Shown here: one piece after another, positions 8,045 to 14,546 of the stretch | Numbering within the stretch: the first letter of the stretch is position 1 | How the letters are laid out: each line of letters opens with the position of its first letter | Source of the DNA: Fidelibacterota bacterium | GTDB lineage: Bacteria; Fidelibacterota; Fidelibacteria; Fidelibacterales; DSDE01 | Direction: 5' to 3' | Length of the DNA stretch: 14,546 nucleotides | Assembly (NCBI GenBank): GCA_046735395.1 | Contig: JBJKQR010000067.1 | Coordinates: forward strand, 1-14,546 | Notes under the pieces: generated by a model | The model's input: only the letters and a program-made list of their open reading frames with translations | The model's database searches: none | Told to the model about the DNA's origin: nothing | Made by a program: the position numbers and the translations under genes

Positions 8045-10572
8045 GATTCAGAATTTCCCGGATTTGTGCCATTCAGGATTGAGCGGATGGCATTGTCTAT
8101 TTCAACTCGTGTAAATGGTTTTGATATGAGTTTTGTATCCTTGTTCAGGAATCCGTGCTGGGCGATGATATCGGACGTGTAGCCGGACATATAGAGAAGG
8201 TTCAGATCGGGATCAATGGATTTCAGGCGGTCCGCGAGCTCCCGTCCGTTCATGCGCGGCATGATGACATCTGTAAGGACCAGATCAATGCCGCTGCTGT
8301 TCTTCTCCATCGTCTCTATGGCTTCGTCGGGATTCTGTGTTCCGATAACCTCATATCCCAGATCTTCCAGAATATAAGTGGTCGCTTCCAGAATCATGGG
8401 ATCATCTTCGATGAGCAGAATGACTTCATGGCCGCCTGAACTGGTCACATCCCTGTCCGGGCTGCTTTCCGCAGCGGATTCGTCACGGTATTCGTGAAAA
8501 TATATGGTGAAGGTGGTTCCCTTCTCCGGTTCACTCGTCACATCGACATAGCCCTGATTCTGTTTGACGATGCCGTAAACGGTACTGAGTCCCAATCCGG
8601 TTCCCTGCCCCACATCCTTGGTTGTGAAAAAGGGTTCGAAAATCTGTTTCACCACATGTTCATCCATGCCATGTCCGTTGTCGCCGATGCGGATGCAGAC
8701 ATAGCGGCCTTCCTTCAGTCCTGGATGCTGCAGAGCCAGATCCGGTGTCACGGTCACATTCTCGGTCTCGATAACGATTTTTCCGTGAGAGTGAATGGCA
8801 TCACGGGCATTTACGGTAAGATTTGCCAGGATCTGATCAATCTGGGAGGGATCAATGCGCAGTTTATAAATATCTTCTCCCGGATTCCAATCCAGTTCGA
8901 TATGTTCGCCGATGAGACGTTTCAGCATTTTCAGAAGTCCGGCGATGGTTTCATTGATATCCAGAACCTTGGGTGTGATCACCTGCTGCCGGGCGAAGGC
9001 CAGAAGCTGCCGGGTGAGATCTCCGGTTCTGAGCGCGGCCCGTTCGATCTCCTTCATGGGCTTGTATACCGGGTGGCCGGAGTCAAGTTTTCCCAGAATA
9101 TAGGTGGTATAGCCCAGAATACCCTGAAGCAGATTATTGAAATCATGGGCTATTCCACCGGCCAGGCGACCCACCGATTCCATTTTCTGAGCCTGTATCA
9201 GTTGTCTCTGCAGCTGTTCCTGAGCTGCTTCCGCCTCCATTTCGGCGCTGATATCCTGAGCGATGCCGTCGAGAGCAATGATGTCTCCCTCTTCATTGTA
9301 GACCGGAAGGTTCTTCTGCCGTACCCACAGCGGCGTTCCATTCTTGTGAATACATTTGAAAGTGATGGTTTCCTCGGGATTGAAGGTTCCGGCTGCGAAG
9401 GGCGTCAGCTTTTCCCGTTCGGATGGATGGACGAGCTTTGCCCAGAAATGGGGATCCGAATAAAATTCTTCCGGTGTGTAGCCGGTAATCTTCAGTGAGG
9501 AGCGGGATACAAAGGAAAATCCGGAGTGAGGGACCAGCTCATAACGATAAACCAGTTCGTTCATATTCTCAACGAGTTTGCTGTAGCGTTCCTCGCTTTC
9601 GACAACACGCTGCTGCGCCAGATCCTTTTCCAGCGCAAAGCCCATCTCGTTGGCCACCGTGAGCAGCATGGACTGATGCGAATCCTTCAGCCGGACAATC
9701 TCGGTGGAGGCCAGCAGAATGTAGCCGGTCCATGATTTCTTCTGATTCACGGGAAGGATGATGAAATATTCCACACCCATATCCCGGTTCAGATCCTTTC
9801 CAGCCACTTCCACCAGATCGTGCACAAAGGGCTTATTCTGTTTTTCCAGATTGGCCAGGTATTTTTTTATCAGAGCCTGCGTATGCCCGGTAAAACAGCT
9901 GGGAGCATCATCCCGGTGCTTTTCCATCACGAGCTTCAACTGATTGTCGGGTGGCTGATTCAGCCAGAGGGATGAACAGAATAAACCGGAAATTTCCAGA
10001 GTTGTTTCCAGAACCCGGGACATGATGGAGTCAATATATTCGCAGCGGTTGCCGAAGGCCATCAGATCCCGTTCAATGCGGATCAGCCTTTCAGACTCTT
10101 TTTCCTTCGTGATATCGGTGAAAATGCTTCGAACCCCGACCGGACCCGGATCGGTGTAGAGGAGGCTTTCCATCTTGGTTATTACGGTACGTCCGTTATG
10201 AATGAATTTTATCTCCGCGGCTTCGGTGATTCCGGTTTCTATGAGGGTTCGCGAATGCTGTATAAAATCATCGGCACTGTCCGGGGCGATGATGTCCCGG
10301 ATCGGCCTGTCTTTCAGTGTTTCATTTTCCAGTCCGCAGATGTCTCTGAACCTTCGGTTGCTGTCGAGGATATGGAAATTTTCATCAAAACTCACGTAGC
10401 CGATGGGTGTTTCATCCAGATTACAGTTCAGCCCGGGCGAATCTGTATCCCGGTTCTTCAGAAGCGTGATATCATTCAGAATTTCATCAATATTCAAATC
10501 CTGTGGATTATGGGAAAAGGATTTCAGTTTGCTGATCAGCGTATCGAATTCAGCGTTGTGTTCAGTCTTCAT
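8041..10572 (-). CDS. Cytoplasmic hybrid sensor histidine kinase (PAS-GAF-PAS-HisKA-HATPase-REC, CckA-like)
   Basis: H-box GRLAGGIAHDFNNLL, N-box NLTVNARDA, G1 DNGHGM, F/G2 FEPFFTTKDVGQGTGLGL, and receiver IEDD...LTDVIMP...KPF. No obvious transmembrane segment. Its stop overlaps the desulfurase stop by 4 nt. Confidence 0.95.
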   Translation of the reverse strand: MKTEHNAEFDTLISKLKSFSHNPQDLNIDEILNDITLLKNRDTDSPGLNCNLDETPIGYVSFDENFHILDSNRRFRDICGLENETLKDRPIRDIIAPDSADDFIQHSRTLIETGITEAAEIKFIHNGRTVITKMESLLYTDPGPVGVRSIFTDITKEKESERLIRIERDLMAFGNRCEYIDSIMSRVLETTLEISGLFCSSLWLNQPPDNQLKLVMEKHRDDAPSCFTGHTQALIKKYLANLEKQNKPFVHDLVEVAGKDLNRDMGVEYFIILPVNQKKSWTGYILLASTEIVRLKDSHQSMLLTVANEMGFALEKDLAQQRVVESEERYSKLVENMNELVYRYELVPHSGFSFVSRSSLKITGYTPEEFYSDPHFWAKLVHPSEREKLTPFAAGTFNPEETITFKCIHKNGTPLWVRQKNLPVYNEEGDIIALDGIAQDISAEMEAEAAQEQLQRQLIQAQKMESVGRLAGGIAHDFNNLLQGILGYTTYILGKLDSGHPVYKPMKEIERAALRTGDLTRQLLAFARQQVITPKVLDINETIAGLLKMLKRLIGEHIELDWNPGEDIYKLRIDPSQIDQILANLTVNARDAIHSHGKIVIETENVTVTPDLALQHPGLKEGRYVCIRIGDNGHGMDEHVVKQIFEPFFTTKDVGQGTGLGLSTVYGIVKQNQGYVDVTSEPEKGTTFTIYFHEYRDESAAESSPDRDVTSSGGHEVILLIEDDPMILEATTYILEDLGYEVIGTQNPDEAIETMEKNSSGIDLVLTDVIMPRMNGRELADRLKSIDPDLNLLYMSGYTSDIIAQHGFLNKDTKLISKPFTRVEIDNAIRSILNGTNPGNSES

Positions 10573-10882
10573 GTTTGTGGGCCTGTCTTTACTGATTGTC
10601 CTGCATCCGATTGAGAACGATGCAAATCTGCAGGGGAAGCATCCCTATCAAATGCTGTGTGAATGCCTGTGACAGCCATGTTTCCCGCATTTCCTTTCTG
10701 CTTCCGAAATTGTGGCTTAATTTAAAACCTCATTTCAGCATTATAAAGGATGAATTTTGCCCCGGACTCATTTATGCCGGCCTTCCCCATGTTTTTTTCG
10801 CAGCTGCGCCTGAATTGAAGGGAAAATGCTTTGGAGGTCTGGACGGCTCTCAGTATTTTCCCGGAGGAAAAGGGGATATTTC

Positions 10883-12679
10883 TTGCGTTTCAATTTTCAG
10901 TTTCTCGGAACCGCTGCGGGCTTGCCCACACCCGAACGTACGGTGAGCGCCCTCATCCTTCAGCCGGTGAACCGGAACTATTTCATACTCTGTGACTGCG
11001 GCGAGGGGACACAGCAGCAGCTGATGAGATCCGTCTACAAACATTCCAAAATCGAAATGATTCTGATTACACATGCGCATGGGGACCACTGCCTGGGGCT
11101 GCCCGGGCTGCTCATGACCTGGCATGTTCTGGGACGGAAGAGGCCTCTGCATATTTTCGGACCGACAGCCGTGGCTGATTTTCTCACATCGGTGCGGAAG
11201 ACGCTGTCCCTGAATCCGCTGTATGATATCCGCTTCACGGATATTGAAAAGGAAACGGGCTGTGAACTGCCGGATCTGAGTGTCTCCTGGTTTCCGCTGC
11301 AGCATCGAGTTCCCAGCTACGCCTATCGGATCGCCTCCGGAGACGAACGGGACGGAGCATTTATTTATGCCGGCGACAACGGCAATGCCATCGCCCTCAC
11401 TTCCGTTATCGTCCCTCAGGATTGCCTGATTCATGAAAGCACCTTTTCCGCGGATATCGGAACTGCCATGCTGGAGAAAACCCTGCACTCATCCGCTGCC
11501 TCCGTGGCGGCCTTCGCGGAAACATCCGGCCTGAAAAACCTGATCCTGACTCATTTCTCCCAGCGCTACGCCGGGCCGAAGATACAGATCATCCGTGATG
11601 AAGTCCGGCGAAATTTCCATGGAAACTGCTTCATAGCCAATGATTTGGACTGTTTCAGCTATGATTCGAAATCCGGAATCCTGGAACGGCAGGATGCGGA
11701 CAGGAATAAAAAATCCACACCGGCATTTTTCTCCGTAAAGGAGCTGCTTGCGCAGGGAAAAGGCCGAAGCTCCGTATCAATTTTAACGGCACAGCTGCGG
11801 AAAAGCGGCCGGGAGTACGATGGCCCCATCCTGCTCTACGGCGAGACCGGGAGCGGGAAAAACCATCTGGCTCGCCATATTCATGATCACAGCGCCCGAA
11901 AATCGGGACCCTTTGTAGTGCTCAATTGCGCGTCCCTCAATGAAGATTTGCTCAGCCGCGAATTCTTCGGCAGTGATAGCGATGGCAGGCCGATAAAAGG
12001 GAAACCGGAGGATGCGGAGGGCGGGACGCTTTATCTCGATGAGATTGGAGAGATTCCGGCTGCTTTTCAGACAAAGCTGCTCCGCTTCATTGAGACCGGG
12101 CGTTTCCGGAGGCCGGGCAGTTCGCGGGACAGCGAGGTGAATGTCCGGATCATCGCCTCCACACAGAAGGATCTGCGTGAGGAAATGAGGCGGGGACGCT
12201 TTCGGAAAGACCTGCTTTTCCGGCTTGAAAATATTGTTCTGACCCTGCCGCCCCTGCGGGAGAGAACAGCTGAAATTCCTGCTTTGCTGGGTGAATTCAT
12301 CGAGGCCTTCAATGCCGGATACGGGACGAAAATCCGCGGCTGTTCGCGGGAAACCCTCGATCTGCTGAAAGCCTACTCCTGGCCGGGCAATATCCGGGAA
12401 CTGAGAAACAGCATCGAGCGCTGTGCCGTTCTCATGAATCCTGATCTGTTGGAACCTGAACACTTTTCTGATGAAATATGCGGCGGAGCGGGGAAGGGGA
12501 CGGATTTTGAGTTGGAATGGGGCGATGGAAAAAGTCTGGAAGAAGTGGAAGAGGACCTGCTGCGCTGGGCTTTGAAACTGGAAGACGGCAATCAGAGCCG
12601 TGCCGCTGCCCGCCTCGGTATCAGCCGGGACCGGATGAGATATAAAATGAAGAAATACAGACTGCTGCAGCCAAAATAA
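10883..12679 (+). CDS. Fusion: RNase Z-like MBL-fold hydrolase + NtrC-type AAA+ domain + Fis-type HTH
   Basis: N-half: FLGTAAGLP-x3-R, DCGEG, THAHGDH, HRVP, YAGD, HEST, HSS, LTHFSQRY. C-half: Walker A GETGSGK, NCA, Walker B LYLDEIGE, FRKDLLFRL, WPGNIREL, HTH GNQSRAAARLGISR. One open frame throughout. The likely start is TTG 10883 after AGGGGA (10871-10876); the ORF track starts at 10826. Confidence 0.88.
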   Translation: MRFNFQFLGTAAGLPTPERTVSALILQPVNRNYFILCDCGEGTQQQLMRSVYKHSKIEMILITHAHGDHCLGLPGLLMTWHVLGRKRPLHIFGPTAVADFLTSVRKTLSLNPLYDIRFTDIEKETGCELPDLSVSWFPLQHRVPSYAYRIASGDERDGAFIYAGDNGNAIALTSVIVPQDCLIHESTFSADIGTAMLEKTLHSSAASVAAFAETSGLKNLILTHFSQRYAGPKIQIIRDEVRRNFHGNCFIANDLDCFSYDSKSGILERQDADRNKKSTPAFFSVKELLAQGKGRSSVSILTAQLRKSGREYDGPILLYGETGSGKNHLARHIHDHSARKSGPFVVLNCASLNEDLLSREFFGSDSDGRPIKGKPEDAEGGTLYLDEIGEIPAAFQTKLLRFIETGRFRRPGSSRDSEVNVRIIASTQKDLREEMRRGRFRKDLLFRLENIVLTLPPLRERTAEIPALLGEFIEAFNAGYGTKIRGCSRETLDLLKAYSWPGNIRELRNSIERCAVLMNPDLLEPEHFSDEICGGAGKGTDFELEWGDGKSLEEVEEDLLRWALKLEDGNQSRAAARLGISRDRMRYKMKKYRLLQPK

Positions 12680-12768
12680 ATTTAGCTGAAACAGAGTGAA
12701 TACTTTCATCCGCTGCACAAAAAAAAATAATGCAATTGAATCGCCGCTTCCTTAACTTACGCAGCTTT

Positions 12769-12796
12769 TTGAGAAAATGGGAGCGGTATATATTCT
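12769..12796 (+). promoter_or_regulatory. Possible sigma70 promoter of the tRNA locus
   Basis: TTGAGA, 16-nt spacer, TATTCT, followed by GC-rich GTGGCACC (discriminator-like). Confidence 0.35.
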
Positions 12797-12806
12797 GTGG
12801 CACCTG

Positions 12807-12857
12807 TTCAAAAGACTTCCCGGAGGGGTATCCGCCGGTTGGCGGATGAAGGCGGTT
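12807..12857 (+). pseudogene. Degenerate copy of the tRNA-Ser leader and 5' portion
   Basis: TTCAAAAGACTTCCCGGAGGGGT-ATCCGCCGGTTGGCGGA-TGAAGGCGGTT aligns with 12878-12921 TTCAAAAATTTCCCGGAGGGGT-GGCCGAGCGGC-TGAAGGCGGTT. No anticodon arm or T arm follows. Confidence 0.7.
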
Positions 12858-12891
12858 ACGACATCCAGAGATACCTTTTCAAAAATTTCCC

Positions 12892-12982
12892 GGAGGGGTG
12901 GCCGAGCGGCTGAAGGCGGTTGCCTGCTAAGCAATTGTACGGACTTCAATCTGTACCCAGGGTTCGAATCCCTGCCCCTCCG
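12892..12982 (+). tRNA. tRNA-Ser(GCT), CCA not encoded
   Basis: Acceptor stem GGAGGGG/CCCCTCC with discriminator G12982; D arm GCCGAGCGGCTGAAGGC; anticodon arm GTTGC-CTGCTAA-GCAAT (GCT at 12926-12928); long variable arm GTACGGA/TCTGTAC; T arm CAGGG-TTCGAAT-CCCTG. Followed by CATT, not CCA. Confidence 0.96.
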
Positions 12983-13109
12983 CATTAAATAAAAACCCTG
13001 CGTAAGCGGGGTTTTGTGTATATGGGAAGAAAATGGGAATGAGAGCCCTGGTTCGTTCGGAATCCCTCGCCAGAGGGATGGAGAACTGCGAAGGCAGTGA
13101 AGCAGAATC
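12974..13109 (+). repeat. tRNA-linked 136-bp direct repeat, copy 1
   Basis: Matches 13195-13330 at an offset of 221 with 3 mismatches by manual alignment. Begins with the tRNA 3' end GCCCCTCCG. Confidence 0.93.
12992..13015 (+). terminator. Terminator-like hairpin after the tRNA (possibly bidirectional)
   Basis: AAAACCCTGC-GTAA-GCGGGGTTTT, with a GNRA loop and A/T runs on both sides. Confidence 0.7.
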
Positions 13110-13116
13110 CCTGAAA

Positions 13117-13195
13117 CTCGCGTCGTAGTCCAACGTAGCATTCTTGCCGTTCGCAAACTTGATGATGGGGGACGCGAAGGTGGACGAAGACGGAG
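13117..13195. other. Palindromic hairpin insert with two GTA/GAA internal loops
   Basis: CTC-G-CGTC-GTA-GTCCA-AC-GTA-GC ... GC-GAA-GG-TGGAC-GAA-GACG-GAG. It lies between GAATCCCTG and CCCCTCCG, which are contiguous in the tRNA 3' end. Confidence 0.6.
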
Positions 13196-13330
13196 CCCCT
13201 CCGCATTAAATAAAAACCCTGCGTAAGCGGGGTTTTGTGTATATGGGAAGAAAATGGGGATGAGAACCCTGGTTCGTTCGGAATCCCTCGGCAGAGGGAT
13301 GGAGAACTGCGAAGGCAGTGAAGCAGAATC
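13195..13330 (+). repeat. tRNA-linked 136-bp direct repeat, copy 2
   Basis: Near-identical to 12974-13109. Ends at GAATC, where the AT-rich DNA begins. Confidence 0.93.
13213..13236 (+). terminator. Second copy of the terminator-like hairpin
   Basis: AAAACCCTGC-GTAA-GCGGGGTTTT, identical to 12992-13015. Confidence 0.65.
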
Positions 13331-13476
13331 AGTTAAAATCCAAAGTACCTGGATTACTGTTAAAGAATCATCCTTTTCACATAATTATCTTTTTAATCGT
13401 TTGCTATTAAAAATCAGTAATAGTAATTTTATTTCCTATTAGATTATGTATAAATATTTGTCTAAGGATAAATACT

Positions 13477-13896
13477 GTGACAGATAATCATTCTCGGGAG
13501 ATTAGAAGCTATAATATGAGCAGAATACGCTCTATAGATACGACTCCTGAACTAATTGTACGTAAATATCTGTTTAGGAACAATTTCCGTTATCGGCTAC
13601 ACGATAAAAAGTTGCCAGGTAAACCAGATATTATTCTCAAGAAATATAAAACCGTTGTATTTGTACATGGATGTTTTTGGCATGGTCATCTTGGATGTAA
13701 AAAGTTTGTTATACCAAAGACAAATACTATATATTGGAAGCCAAAGATTGAGAAAAATAGAGAACGAGATGTCAAAAATACAAGACAGTTAAAGTCGTTA
13801 GGCTGGAATATAATTATTATATATGAGTGTCAGCTGTCAAAATCAGAGCAAGAAACAACGCTAAACGAATTAATAATATCATTAAATAATAATTAG
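13477..13896 (+). CDS. vsr: Very short patch repair endonuclease Vsr
   Basis: RSYNMSRIRSIDTTPE, LPGKPDI, FVHGCFWHGH, W-x-x-KI-x-x-N-x-x-RD, LGW and YEC motifs. GTG start with AAGGA upstream. Confidence 0.95.
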   Translation: MTDNHSREIRSYNMSRIRSIDTTPELIVRKYLFRNNFRYRLHDKKLPGKPDIILKKYKTVVFVHGCFWHGHLGCKKFVIPKTNTIYWKPKIEKNRERDVKNTRQLKSLGWNIIIIYECQLSKSEQETTLNELIISLNNN

Positions 13897-13906
13897 GATA
13901 GATAAT

Positions 13907-14380
13907 ATGGATATAATCAATTTACCTCCAAATTCGAAAGCGCTTATTGAATCAATGAGAGATATAGGCTATTCAATTGAATCTGCGGTAGCTGATGTGA
14001 TCGACAATAGTATTACTGCGAATTCCAAAAATATACACTTAGAGTTTTTCTGGAACGGTGGTAATCCCTGGATAGCCATAATAGATGATGGATATGGCAT
14101 GACTTTAGATGTATTAAAAAATGCTATGCGATTTGGATCTGCAAGTCCTTTAAATCTCCGAGATGAAAATGATCTTGGAAGATTTGGTTTAGGTTTAAAA
14201 ACAGCCTCTTTTTCTCAATGCAGAGAATTGACTGTTATTTCAAAACAAAATAGTATTGTGAATGCAGCTCAATGGGATCTTGATAGAATATCTAAATCGG
14301 AAAAGAAGGATGACAATTGGGAATTGATGATATTATCAGAAGATGATTTAATTTCTTCAAAAATAATAATGACTATATAG
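13907..14380 (+). pseudogene. Truncated prokaryotic MORC-like GHKL (HATPase_c_3) ATPase
   Basis: LIESMRDIGYSIESAVADVIDNSITA, DDGYGM, DLGRFGLGLKTASFSQCR. Only 157 aa, whereas family members continue for several hundred residues. The TAG coincides with a suspected IS end. Confidence 0.75.
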
Positions 14381-14546
14381 TCGCCCCTTAATAATCACAT
14401 AACATATTGATAATAATAGATATATCGTAATAATTATCTTGGTATTTTATCCGAGAATGTGTTAAATTCATTAAAAACATGGCAATACGAAAGGATAAAA
14501 TGAAAGGTCATCAATCCTCCCAATCTCAAGGAACCCTGTTTGAAAT
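14380..14546 (+). mobile_element. Left end of a probable IS5-family insertion sequence (partial)
   Basis: TA|GTCGCCCCTTAATAATC resembles, from memory, the GTCG-x-CCCT-x-AA termini of IS5-group (IS1478-like) elements. It is followed by an RBS and a transposase-like N-terminus. Confidence 0.55.
14500..14546 (+). CDS. N-terminus of a probable IS5-family transposase (partial)
   Basis: AAGGA (14491-14495) then ATG: MKGHQSSQSQGTLFE..., open to the window edge. Q-x-x-LF is typical of IS5 transposase N-termini. An alternative in-frame ATG lies at 14479. Confidence 0.5.
   Translation, partial: MKGHQSSQSQGTLFE

Larger units (their letters stand above)
13331..14546. mobile_element. Left part of an AT-rich accessory segment (putative genomic/defence island) at tRNA-Ser
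   Basis: Abrupt, visible shift to AT-rich sequence and A/T-ending codons right after the tRNA-linked repeat. Carries restriction-modification-associated genes. No integrase in the window. Confidence 0.6.

Noticed and set aside
10857..10867. TTTCCCGGAGG before the fusion gene, identical to the tRNA 5' boundary (12886-12896), as a possible att or target-duplication scar
   Set aside because: Only 11 bp and partly explained by an SD-like GGAGG; several matches of this length are expected by chance in 14.5 kb.
12714..12734. TGCA-N13-TGCA as an NtrC-like binding site upstream of the tRNA
   Set aside because: The spacing matches neither the 17-bp NtrC box nor the palindrome at 10602-10624; too weak to support.
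12798..12812. TGGCAC upstream of the tRNA as a sigma54 -24 box
   Set aside because: There is no GC at -12: the sequence reads GG-N10-AA. The similar GGCACG near 6867 also fails the spacing.
12892..12982. tRNA-Sec or suppressor tRNA, given the long variable arm and nearby desulfurase
   Set aside because: The anticodon is GCT and the acceptor stem is 7 bp, so it is an ordinary type II tRNA-Ser.
12974..13330. Repeat region as a CRISPR array
   Set aside because: Two 136-bp units with a single 85-bp gap, no short repeat-spacer periodicity and no cas genes.
12752..13442. Short ORFs 12752-13156, 12777-12992, 12927-13133, 12985-13206 and 13254-13442
   Set aside because: They overlap the tRNA and repeats and show no protein-like features.

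Overview
Bacterial chromosomal window, probably FCB superphylum (inferred from the T9SS-type C-terminal sorting tail at the left edge). In order it holds: the end of a secreted protein with its terminator; a TetR-TolC-MFP-RND efflux operon with two palindromic operator-like sites; a stand-alone group I cysteine desulfurase; a convergent PAS-GAF-PAS hybrid histidine kinase; and a fusion of an RNase Z-type metallo-beta-lactamase to an NtrC-type AAA+/Fis-HTH regulator. That fusion is the most unusual feature: it keeps the nuclease metal motifs but lacks both the RNase Z flexible arm and the GAFTGA loop. It lies just upstream of a CCA-less tRNA-Ser(GCT). The tRNA is flanked by a degenerate copy of its 5' end, a 136-bp tandem repeat that starts in its 3' end, and a hairpin insert with two GTA/GAA internal loops. 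An abruptly AT-rich segment follows, with vsr and a MORC-like GHKL ATPase that appears truncated by an IS5-family element running off the right edge. All calls come from manual motif reading; no searches were run.
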